From Candidatus Thorarchaeota archaeon (GTDB lineage: Archaea; Asgardarchaeota; Thorarchaeia; Thorarchaeales; Thorarchaeaceae), in contig JAWAQK010000021.1 of assembly GCA_038893995.1 (NCBI GenBank), positions 8,401 to 37,709 of the forward strand: 29,309 nucleotides of DNA. The letters are read 5' to 3'. A program made the translations under genes and the position numbers. The notes under the pieces were generated by a model. The model ran no database searches. It had not been told where the DNA came from and saw only the letters and a program-made list of their open reading frames with translations. Below are positions 18,605 through 27,211 of this stretch, piece after piece (positions within the stretch are counted from its first letter, which is position 1; each line of letters starts with the position of its first letter).

Positions 18605-18668
18605 TAGTTCTATCATTGAACTAGCTATGAGTGAATATAAGACAATGTTGCACAAACTGATGCAACAT
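18605..18668 (-). promoter_or_regulatory. Promoter of the giant protein gene: TATA-like box flanked by two inverted repeats
   Basis: Minus-strand CTTATATT at about 18641-18634. ATGTTGCA-N8-TGCAACAT at 18645-18668 and TAGTTC-N7-GAACTA at 18605-18623. Confidence 0.55.
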
Positions 18669-18800
18669 ATCGATGAGACTCTATGAAACTTGGACGGGCT
18701 TCTCCCGATTGTCTGTCGTGAGTGGCCACACAAGACCGGGGCCATGCATGGCGGGGCGAGCTCGTGCCAATCTACGAAGACCCCGTCGTGCAAGTTGGGC

Positions 18801-21767
18801 CTATAGTAGCGGATTCATTAGGACCCACAGTTCCACAAGCGGACTCACATATGCCTCGATTAGGGCTGCGACAGTGAGGAAGAACATGACCAGTATGAAG
18901 GTCCTCCACAATCGTCCACTGGTCAGTACCTCACGGGTCTTCAGCGGGACCTCAGACCATCTCCCCTGTGTGGCCAGCGGGAACATGTCCCTTGCAATCC
19001 TGAAGGACGCCGCTGCCGCAAACAGGAACGCAGGTATCTCTACAATTCCATGGGTCAACCTGCCGGCAACATATGCGTCAATCCGGTACGGCTCCACCAG
19101 ACCCATCCCTGCCAGCACCGCAATACCACCCACCCACAGTGCCGTCGACAGCACCTCCGCTATGGCCACAGACATGAGGCTGTAGCGGAAGTAGTTTGCC
19201 ACAGGCGATGGTTGATCGGATCCCGAGGAAGAGGGACTGAGCAGCCGCTCTAGAGCAAGGATGACACCAGGGAGTACAATGAGCGCAATCACGGTGAACT
19301 GGTCGTCGTAGATGAAGTACTCCATTGTAAACACCGTTAGAACTGGCGGGAACCACCAGTGCCCGAGAGACTCTCCCCTGAACACTCTCACCAGCGCAAT
19401 GACTAGAGTGACCAACAGGGCAATTCCGTAGCCATGAGCCGCGTACCACGCTAGATTCTCTGAGAACACTGGGAATGGTTCGTTGGTCGTGAGAGAGGCA
19501 AGGGTGACCACCAGGCCCGTGACGATCACAGTCACGAGCCCAACAAGTACAGGGATGCGTGGAGAATCAGTCCTACTCGGTCCTGGTGCTGTGCTCTCTG
19601 TGGGTGTTACCTGGTCCGATTGTCTGCCAATGGCAGCCCTGATAGTGACTACCAGAGACCAGAATACGGGCGCAGCCAGTAGCATGATGAGTGTCCGTAC
19701 AGCATTGTGCTCTAGGTATATCATGAATCGCCCTGTTTCAAATCCAAAGAGTTCTGTCACAGTCCTCACGAAGACCGACTCAAGTCCCTCTGGAAGACCT
19801 ATCTCTTGAACGACACTCATGGTCAGACCTGCAACCAGGAGCGGATCCACGAGGGCGGAGAGCAGAAGCACCATGAACACTGAGGCCGCAAGACCAAGTG
19901 TGAAGAGAAAGACAGCGTGCTTCACATCGGTATGGGTGACGTTGAGCAGGTTTCCAGTTGCAATTCCAACTCTCTGTCTCCATAGCCGCCTGTGCTCGAA
20001 ATAATAGAGGACCAAGAGAGATGCGGACACCCAGATCGGGACATTCACGATGAACTGGTACGCGTACCTGTATAACACTTGTTCTGGAGGGGCCAGAGCA
20101 AACGCCCATCTGATGCGGGTGAACTCGATGTCAGCAAATCGAACACCGTTGAGTAGCGGATTCAATGTATAGTCGAGGCTCGGAAACAAGACATATGTGG
20201 CCACCGAGGCGAACAGCCCAGATGACAGAGAGAAGAGCTCCAGGCCTCCACGAATACGGTCCCTGACATAATGACCGATGAAACCGTTGAGTAACATCAT
20301 GCTCAGCGGTACCGCAAACAGTATCACCAGCCATATGCTGGGAACGATCGTGACGACGTTATCGAATGGGACATTCAAGATGTGCAGTACGGCATTGGAA
20401 ACAATTCCCACGTCGAACATGAGACCTAGTCCAATCCTGTCTGCAGTGAAGAGAGTCGTGATCAAGACCAGACCCGAGAACGCCCATGTCGTAAGGCTTC
20501 CGGTGAGGATCGAACCAGCCACGCCGGTTGCGGCCGTCTGTGGGTCCTTGACTGCCAGTCTGTCCCTGGTGACCCACTCAAACAGTTTCTTGTACAGGAC
20601 TACTGCAAACTTCTCAACGAGCGGCATGACGATAATGGCAAACAGAATGGGCGGGGCTGCCTGCATCACACCGAGCACATAGTAGTTCATCAAGACCATG
20701 ATGCCTGGTACCGTCTCGCCTCCGTAGACGGGATGGTAGGTCACATTGATGCTGAGCGCATTGAACACATCAATCGTGATGAAACCGATTGTGACAAGTA
20801 TATTGAGTCTGAAGAACCAGCCCAGTACACCCCGCATCATCTCGGAGCCCAGATCGCGATTGCCCAGCTTCAGGCCGGCGCTCTTCGCAAGCCGGTTTGA
20901 AGCAGGGTATCCAAAACGGTATATCCAGGTCAAGAAGACGAGCACACCGAGCACGTATGGAGATGTAGGTATGAAGGCAGGTCCGAGCACTAGGCTCTCA
21001 ACGTATCGCCCAAAGGACTCCATGTAGACAGGTATGGATGGCAGAAGGGTGGCAAGCCCAATGATGAGGTAGTCCTTCCACGCATCGGCCCAGGCTCGGG
21101 ACTGAACATCAGGGTCAAGAGGATTATCGGGTACACCCACGAATCGCAGTGCATTGATTCTCTCCCCGAATGTGCGTAAGTCGTCAGACGCCGATGAGCC
21201 TCGGCCAATTATCCGAATGAGGCCCGAGAGGCGGGTCCTCATGGGTTCGATGATGGCGAGCCGGAGCAGGAGGACAATGAGCCCGAAGACCACTGCGAAT
21301 AGTGTCACCATTGACCAAGTCAGAAACTCCTGGAGACAGTAGAAGAATTGGAACAGGAAGTCCAGGAAGAGCACCCATCCCAGGACTGATGGGCTCACAT
21401 CCGGGTTGAAACCGGGGGGCTCGCTCAGTCCCTGCATGTAGATTGAGAAGATGAAGAACGATATCGACTTGACATACATGAGCGCCAGGAAGGCCTCAAT
21501 GAAACGGTTCCGGCCGCCCTTGAACGCGATCACGTAGAGGAGCGTGATTACCACGGGCGGTAGTAGCTCCAACAGGACGGTCAGTGGAGTGAGTACAGAC
21601 GTACGGACTACCTCCTTAGCTACGGAAAACCGTCTCAGGGGTGATACAAAAAGGTTCGCTGGGCGAATCTGTTGGCCGACACGCGCACTCGCAGACTCTC
21701 TCACGAGATATCGATATTCTCGTCCGGGGTCAGTTCTTCCACTCAGCAAGATCTGGGAGCCGACCAA
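18801..21767 (-). CDS. Large polytopic membrane protein with C-terminal SpoIIM (DUF95) domain; true start probably near 21600
   Basis: The C-terminal HGIVEIPAFLFAAAASFRI ... LTVAALIEAYVSP is the SpoIIM signature. It is preceded by many (roughly 18-20) hydrophobic segments. Confidence 0.82.
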   Translation of the reverse strand: MVGSQILLSGRTDPGREYRYLVRESASARVGQQIRPANLFVSPLRRFSVAKEVVRTSVLTPLTVLLELLPPVVITLLYVIAFKGGRNRFIEAFLALMYVKSISFFIFSIYMQGLSEPPGFNPDVSPSVLGWVLFLDFLFQFFYCLQEFLTWSMVTLFAVVFGLIVLLLRLAIIEPMRTRLSGLIRIIGRGSSASDDLRTFGERINALRFVGVPDNPLDPDVQSRAWADAWKDYLIIGLATLLPSIPVYMESFGRYVESLVLGPAFIPTSPYVLGVLVFLTWIYRFGYPASNRLAKSAGLKLGNRDLGSEMMRGVLGWFFRLNILVTIGFITIDVFNALSINVTYHPVYGGETVPGIMVLMNYYVLGVMQAAPPILFAIIVMPLVEKFAVVLYKKLFEWVTRDRLAVKDPQTAATGVAGSILTGSLTTWAFSGLVLITTLFTADRIGLGLMFDVGIVSNAVLHILNVPFDNVVTIVPSIWLVILFAVPLSMMLLNGFIGHYVRDRIRGGLELFSLSSGLFASVATYVLFPSLDYTLNPLLNGVRFADIEFTRIRWAFALAPPEQVLYRYAYQFIVNVPIWVSASLLVLYYFEHRRLWRQRVGIATGNLLNVTHTDVKHAVFLFTLGLAASVFMVLLLSALVDPLLVAGLTMSVVQEIGLPEGLESVFVRTVTELFGFETGRFMIYLEHNAVRTLIMLLAAPVFWSLVVTIRAAIGRQSDQVTPTESTAPGPSRTDSPRIPVLVGLVTVIVTGLVVTLASLTTNEPFPVFSENLAWYAAHGYGIALLVTLVIALVRVFRGESLGHWWFPPVLTVFTMEYFIYDDQFTVIALIVLPGVILALERLLSPSSSGSDQPSPVANYFRYSLMSVAIAEVLSTALWVGGIAVLAGMGLVEPYRIDAYVAGRLTHGIVEIPAFLFAAAASFRIARDMFPLATQGRWSEVPLKTREVLTSGRLWRTFILVMFFLTVAALIEAYVSPLVELWVLMNPLL

Positions 21768-22001
21768 GCAATGGATCGCAATCCATGCCTACCCCCATCT
21801 CGACGGCTAAGCATTCCAAGGGTCATCATTGCACATGGTGGGTGACAGGCTGCAGTGTCATGCATGCCCGTTCTCACAATCATGGGGAGTCCGGTGGGGG
21901 CCTAGAACGTAGATCCGAGAAGTTGAAACGGGCCGGCTCTGCTCAACCACCAGTTATATATAGTTAAGATGTCCAATAGATATCGGAGGAAGCGATGTAA
22001 T

Positions 22002-22493
22002 ATGCAGATCAGTCAGTCACTGACAAGTGCGATAAACGATCAGCTGAACTTTGAGATATACAGTGCTCACATCTACCTCTCGATGGCGACATGGTTTGAG
22101 TCAAAGAACCTTCGCGGTATGGCACACTGGATGAGGGTCCAGTACAGGGAGGAACTTGAGCATGCAATGAAGTTCATCGACCACATAGTCGAGAGGGGCG
22201 GGAGGGCCATAGTAGGACCAGTGCCAGGACCGAAGGTGGAGTGGTCGAGTCCGAGAGAGGCCTTTGAGGAGGCCTACAATCATGAGAAGCTCGTCACACA
22301 GAGGATATACAAGATTGGCGAGCTGGCCGACAAGGAAGGAGACAGGGCAACAGCATCCTTCCTCAAGTGGTTCTACGACGAGCAGGTCGAAGAAGAAGCC
22401 AATACACTCGAGATCCTCGAACTACTGAAGATGGGCGGCGACTCAATCCCTGTACTGATGCAGATAGATGCAAGGTTGAGAGCTCGTGAGTAG
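22002..22493 (+). CDS. ftn: Ferritin (non-heme, prokaryotic type)
   Basis: AINDQLNFEIYSAHIYLSM, QYREELEHAMKF, HEKLVT..I, FLKWFYDEQVEEE contain the ferroxidase ligands. TTATATA at about 21954-21960. Confidence 0.97.
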   Translation: MQISQSLTSAINDQLNFEIYSAHIYLSMATWFESKNLRGMAHWMRVQYREELEHAMKFIDHIVERGGRAIVGPVPGPKVEWSSPREAFEEAYNHEKLVTQRIYKIGELADKEGDRATASFLKWFYDEQVEEEANTLEILELLKMGGDSIPVLMQIDARLRARE

Positions 22494-22526
22494 TCTAGGG
22501 AGGATAACCAGACTCCGGGGTCGAGA

Positions 22527-22553
22527 GCGGAATGTTCCGCAGTCTTCCCTCCT
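22527..22553 (+). terminator. Possible ferritin terminator hairpin
   Basis: GCGGAA-TG-TTCCGC followed by pyrimidine-rich AGTCTTCCCTCCT. Confidence 0.4.
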
Positions 22554-22582
22554 GAGCCTCTCCCGTTTGATACATATACTGG

Positions 22583-24622
22583 TTGGCACTGACCATTTGT
22601 GGGTCTAGGGAATTGATTCCATCAGAGATAGTGGATCGTGTTGCTGATGCTGTCTCGGGAAGTCGTTCAGTCGACTACGTGGCATCCATATCGAGATATC
22701 ATAGGATACAGTCGAGTCCGGGAATTCAACAAGCAATTGCTCACGTGAAGAGCATTGTGGAGAGAATCGACGGCGTAGAGGTCGTCGTCTACGAGTACCA
22801 CGTTGGTGGGCAGGAACCAATTGGAACCTGGGACGATCTCTATGCGTGGGAGCCCGTGTCGGCGACTCTGGAGCTACTCGAACCCAAGAGGAGGACCCTA
22901 GCCGACTTCGCTGCTGAGCCCATATCACTGGCGGCACACTCGACCACGGCTGATGTGACTGCAGAGGTAGTGTACGTTGGGAAGGGCATTAGAGACCTAG
23001 ACTATCAGGGCAGAGATGTCGAGGGAAAGATCGTCCTGGCCGAGTCCAGGCTCTCACAGGTGCATAGAGCAGCCTGTCTGGAGAGAGGGGCCCTGGGCGT
23101 CATGGGATATGTACCTCCATCAGGCATCGACGAGCTTGCCAGCATGAGGAGATACGAGGCACTCTGGCCCGAGAGCGGAGAGTGGGACAGGGCCAAGTTT
23201 GGATTCGCCCTACGCCAGGGAGACGGCGTGCAGATCCGACAATGGCTAGAGGAAGGAAAGCGAGTCGTTGTCAGGGCACAGGTCAACGCGTCACTGAAGC
23301 CAGGACTGACGCAGGTGTTGTCGGCATTGATCCCAGGTAGGGACAGGTCACGAGAGGTCTGGCTGACAGCCCATGTGTGTCATCCACATCCCGGTGCCAA
23401 TGACAATGCATCCGGCTCTGGTACTCTAATGGAGATCCTGACCGTCATTACGAGTCTCATCAGGTCAGGAGCCATCGCAACCCCCGAATACTCTATCAGG
23501 TTTCTGTGGGTACCAGAATGGCACGGGACCATCAGACTGATCCATAACGAGAAGACGCTCGTATCGCGCTGTGCGTTCCTCATCAACGTCGATATGGTCG
23601 GTGCGGACCCAGCAAAGTCGGGCTCGGTGCTCGAGCTGCACAGGACGCCCTACTCGTTGCCAACGACCCTCAACGATGTGGTGAGATACTGGCTCGAGGA
23701 GGAGAGAAAGAGAAAGCGAGATGCCTCTCTCGGAGGGACGATTGCCCCCCTGCCACTCGCCTATCGGGTCTACGAGGGTGGCTCGGACCATTTCCTCTTC
23801 ACAGACTCGAACATTGGAGTTCCAGCAGTGATGGTACTACAGTGGCCTGACAAGTTCTATCACACCTCCTGCGACACCATCGACAAGATTGATCCCCAAC
23901 AGTTGGCATACGTTGCCAGGGCACTCACTCTATCTGTCTTGACTCTGGCATATCCCTCTCTAGTGCGCAAGGAGGAACTCATGACGCTATGCAGGAGAGG
24001 AATAACCGATCTCATGGAGGAAGTCTGCGCGCGGGGAGTCAGTGAGCTGTCTCTGTGTAAGGACAGTCCCGACATAGTCTACCCAAGGTATCTTCGCTGG
24101 ATGGACTACGCACTTGAGCTCGGCAGAGGTACACTCGACCGAATGGCCGTAGAGTGGCCGCTCATAGAGGTCAGCAGGCAGATGCTGAAGTCCCTGCGTG
24201 CCACATTGGAGATGATATACACAGCCGAGCTTGTGACCCTGAGAAAGGCCTACGAGGGAGCGTGCGTGGAGGTCGGCATCGATGCCAAGGAGGATGTGCT
24301 GTCTAGAATGGTCCAGGAGGAGTCGGGCATTGAGATCATCAGGAAGACTCCCTACGCAATGAGACCCTCGTACATCATGTCGGGCGACAAGGCAAGACGT
24401 GAGCGATACACAGCCATGCTTCAGGAGGACCAGTTCTTCATGTCCAGAGTCGACGAGCTGCTCAATCTTTCTCATAGTTGGAGGTCGTTAGACGAGATAT
24501 GGGACAGACTATGTTTCCAGTTTGGGCACATGGATCGCAAGACCTTTTCAAGACTAGTCGAAGACCTGAGAGACATCGGAGTGATCGAGGTCAGAGAGAG
24601 ACAGGAGAGTCCTGAGACATGA
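22583..24622 (+). CDS. M28-family metallopeptidase with PA domain (DUF4910-like); start may be TTG 22613
   Basis: YHRIQSSPG, PA domain (AEVVYVGKG...DVEGKIVL), AHVCHP.PGANDNASG, WVPE..GT, INVDMVG, GSDH, YHTS.D. Confidence 0.88.
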   Translation: MALTICGSRELIPSEIVDRVADAVSGSRSVDYVASISRYHRIQSSPGIQQAIAHVKSIVERIDGVEVVVYEYHVGGQEPIGTWDDLYAWEPVSATLELLEPKRRTLADFAAEPISLAAHSTTADVTAEVVYVGKGIRDLDYQGRDVEGKIVLAESRLSQVHRAACLERGALGVMGYVPPSGIDELASMRRYEALWPESGEWDRAKFGFALRQGDGVQIRQWLEEGKRVVVRAQVNASLKPGLTQVLSALIPGRDRSREVWLTAHVCHPHPGANDNASGSGTLMEILTVITSLIRSGAIATPEYSIRFLWVPEWHGTIRLIHNEKTLVSRCAFLINVDMVGADPAKSGSVLELHRTPYSLPTTLNDVVRYWLEEERKRKRDASLGGTIAPLPLAYRVYEGGSDHFLFTDSNIGVPAVMVLQWPDKFYHTSCDTIDKIDPQQLAYVARALTLSVLTLAYPSLVRKEELMTLCRRGITDLMEEVCARGVSELSLCKDSPDIVYPRYLRWMDYALELGRGTLDRMAVEWPLIEVSRQMLKSLRATLEMIYTAELVTLRKAYEGACVEVGIDAKEDVLSRMVQEESGIEIIRKTPYAMRPSYIMSGDKARRERYTAMLQEDQFFMSRVDELLNLSHSWRSLDEIWDRLCFQFGHMDRKTFSRLVEDLRDIGVIEVRERQESPET

Positions 24623-25092
24623 GGCCCTATGGGGTCGTTGTGTTTGCGGGAACGTTCGATCGGCTGCATGAGGGGCACAAGCACATCCTGAGGACCGCAC
24701 TGAGGCTTGGTGAGAGAGTCAGAATTGGAGTCACGACAGACAAGATGCTCTCCAGAAAGAGCCGGCGCGCCGAGATCCAGACATACGAAGAGCGGGAGAA
24801 CGGTGTGATGGAGTTCTTGAGGTCAGAAGGGGCTACAGAGAGATGCGAACTCTTTCCCATCGACACAGTAGAGGGTGGGGCAGACGTCATGAGCGACATA
24901 GATGCCCTCCTGGTCTCTGACGAACCCGGTGTGGTTCAGAATGCACTTCGCATCAACGAGATGAGACTGAAGAACGGACTGAAACGATTCCACGTCGTGA
25001 TTGTTCCGCGAGTACTCACGTCAGATGGCAGACCACTGTCATCCACCAGAGAGAGGCTGGGCGACAACACAACTGGGGAACTCATATACTGA
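24619..25092 (+). CDS. coaD: Phosphopantetheine adenylyltransferase (archaeal/eukaryotic type)
   Basis: GTFDRLHEGH (HxGH), IGVTTD, YEER, DALLVS.E, INEMRLKNGL, DGRPLSSTR. ATGA overlap with the peptidase. Confidence 0.92.
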   Translation: MRPYGVVVFAGTFDRLHEGHKHILRTALRLGERVRIGVTTDKMLSRKSRRAEIQTYEERENGVMEFLRSEGATERCELFPIDTVEGGADVMSDIDALLVSDEPGVVQNALRINEMRLKNGLKRFHVVIVPRVLTSDGRPLSSTRERLGDNTTGELIY

Positions 25093-26320
25093 CCCACGGA
25101 GCGAATACCCTCGACTGTTCGAACAGTTGTTCAAACACAGGATTGTCCCTGAGGGAGACATGTCTCGACCTTCTACGTAGGTCATCGGCAGTCTCTCTCG
25201 CGTCATCGTCAATGAGCATGAGGGTGGCCCCGTCAAGTGCGGCGCATTCCCGCTGTACCACTCGGTCCAGCCTGGGTAACATACCGATCCCAATCGCATC
25301 GTCAATACGTAGGGCGTTGCCAAAGGCACCAGTGATCAGGGTAGAGCGGATGTCCTGGCACCGGTATCCGGCCTCATTGAGCAGAGTGAGAATACCTGCC
25401 TGTACGGCCGCCTTGGACAGCTGAAGCATTCTGATGTCCAACTGTGAGAGGTAGACATCAGGATAGACGACGTAGAAGACTGCTGAGTGCCCAATCGTGC
25501 CTATCCTGTCTGACCTTACGGACCTGTCGATTGAACCCCCCTCGTTCAGGATACCGACGCGCCTCATTTCGCTGAGGAGACTGACCACGCCTGACCCGCA
25601 CAGACCCAGTGGTCTCTGTCCGCCGATGACTGAATACTCAGGCCGCAGGTCATCGCTGAGTCTCACCTCGTGGATGGCTCCGTCCGCAGCGGGCATGCCA
25701 CACTCAATCGACATGTCCTCAAAGGCAGGTCCTGAAGCGACAGATGCAAACAGGATGTGGTCGTCGGTCAGCACTGATATCTCCGTGTTCGCTCCGATGT
25801 CTACTGACAGGACGCCGCTACTACCCAGTCGGAGGGCCGACCAGAGGGCGACGGCAAGAGCATCTGAACCCACAAACGACTCCACAGGGGCAGGGATGTG
25901 GAACTCGGCCTTTGGTAGGTCGTCGATGCCTAGATCCGGTCCCGTACATGTGATGTCACGCCGTCCATGAACTATGTAGGGATGCTGCAGCAGCCCATCA
26001 CAGCGCAGGCCAAGGAATAGACTGTGCATGACAGTGTTGCAGACGACTATCGACGAGCTGACCATTGAGGGCCGAACCCGAGCACCGCTGAGCACCCTGC
26101 TTATGACATCAGACACACCTTCTCGAAGGCTGCGTGTCATCTCCTCCTGAAGAGGCTGATCTGTCTGAGAGGTCAGGACGCGTGATATCACGTCTCTCGA
26201 CAGTATGTCATGGGGATTCAGAACATGTCGCTCCGCGAGACACTCTCCGTGCAAGAGATCAATGAGACGTGCTCTGAGGGTGGATGTCCCCAGATCAAGC
26301 ACAAGCCCAAGGTCGTGCAT
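25082..26320 (-). CDS. ASKHA-fold ATPase of the RACo/RamA (DUF4445) corrinoid-activator family, without an Fe-S domain
   Basis: LDLGTST, DVISR, NTVMH.LFLG, FVGSD, VDIGANTEI, GPAFE..IECGM.A..GAI, GLCGSG, SQLDIR.LQL.KAA, GAFG. GAGGAG lies before the ATG. Confidence 0.88.
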   Translation of the reverse strand: MHDLGLVLDLGTSTLRARLIDLLHGECLAERHVLNPHDILSRDVISRVLTSQTDQPLQEEMTRSLREGVSDVISRVLSGARVRPSMVSSSIVVCNTVMHSLFLGLRCDGLLQHPYIVHGRRDITCTGPDLGIDDLPKAEFHIPAPVESFVGSDALAVALWSALRLGSSGVLSVDIGANTEISVLTDDHILFASVASGPAFEDMSIECGMPAADGAIHEVRLSDDLRPEYSVIGGQRPLGLCGSGVVSLLSEMRRVGILNEGGSIDRSVRSDRIGTIGHSAVFYVVYPDVYLSQLDIRMLQLSKAAVQAGILTLLNEAGYRCQDIRSTLITGAFGNALRIDDAIGIGMLPRLDRVVQRECAALDGATLMLIDDDARETADDLRRRSRHVSLRDNPVFEQLFEQSRVFAPWVSI

Positions 26321-26344
26321 GTCTCTCCTCGGGCCCTCGGGGAC

Positions 26345-26818
26345 CTACCTGACGACCATCACCGGACACGAGGCCTGGCGGATGACACGATCACTGTTGG
26401 AACCGACCAGTATACGCTTGATGGTGCCCATGCCTCTTGAACCCATGATGATGAGGTCGACATTCTTCTCTTGTGCGACCGCTATGATCTGGGAAGCTGG
26501 CTCCCCATGTAACATCATCTCGGTGATCCTACAACCCAGCCGGTCAGCGAGCAGCTTGGCACGGGCAATTATGTCCTCTCCGACCTTTTGCAGGGTCAGG
26601 TAGGGGTGGGGCGCAGACGTGTCGTGAGTAGTAGCAGCACTGACCAGCATGGGCACCACGTGTAGCACGATCACCTCAGCCTGCAGAGGACCCGCCATCA
26701 GACAGGCATACTTGAGGGCTCTCTCAGAGTACGTAGAGCCGTCAACAGGCACCAGTATGGACTTGATACGGACTGGCTTCTCGCTCTCAGTCAACAGCAG
26801 AACCCCGACATCAAGCAC
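26345..26818 (-). CDS. Universal stress protein (UspA family); start may be slightly downstream
   Basis: ILVPVDGS.YSERAL..A, VLHVV, G.PA..I, DLIIMGSRG......LVGSNS..V......PVMVVR. Confidence 0.96.
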   Translation of the reverse strand: MLDVGVLLLTESEKPVRIKSILVPVDGSTYSERALKYACLMAGPLQAEVIVLHVVPMLVSAATTHDTSAPHPYLTLQKVGEDIIARAKLLADRLGCRITEMMLHGEPASQIIAVAQEKNVDLIIMGSRGMGTIKRILVGSNSDRVIRQASCPVMVVR

Positions 26819-26960
26819 TCTGCGTCAGTATTTCTCTCTTTCTGGCGACGCAACCCAGACACATCGGCTGAAATCCTACGCGTCTACGCTGTACGTCAGG
26901 TACATCCTTTTAAGAAAGGTGGTGGAGTGAGTACCACAATACACACCGTGAGGGAGAATC

Positions 26961-27194
26961 ATGAGAATCACCGGGACCCAGTATTCACTGGAGAGGAAGT
27001 CTGATTCCATAGAGATGAAGAGCGCAGGCAAAGTGACCGACACATGGGATGCGAAGGGGAAGACCATGGACGAGATGACAGACGAGATCTGGAACGCCCT
27101 CAAGAGAAAGGGTGTGACTGTCCAGAGGAACGCTATCGCAGAGACCCTCCAATCACTGTTTCCTAACGCCAGGAAGCATGGTCCACTGGCCTAG
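26961..27194 (+). CDS. Small soluble hypothetical protein (77 aa)
   Basis: Fills the gap between USP and glyS, with TATA-like CTTTTAAG at about 26907-26914, GGGAGA before the ATG and plausible composition. No family recognised. Confidence 0.7.
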   Translation: MRITGTQYSLERKSDSIEMKSAGKVTDTWDAKGKTMDEMTDEIWNALKRKGVTVQRNAIAETLQSLFPNARKHGPLA

Positions 27195-27211
27195 GCAGAT
27201 CTGTGATGTCA

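Noticed and set aside
21843-21868. Eukaryote-like iron-responsive element (CAGTGT loop) upstream of ferritin
   Set aside because: The required 5-bp upper stem and C bulge are absent, and it lies upstream of the TATA box, so it is probably not in the mRNA.
26321-26347. Pyrrolysine or UAG read-through fusing USP to the RACo-like gene (in frame, 8 open codons)
   Set aside because: In-frame spacing has a 1-in-3 chance, the downstream gene has its own GAGGAG RBS, and TAG ends about ten genes here, several at their normal family C-termini.
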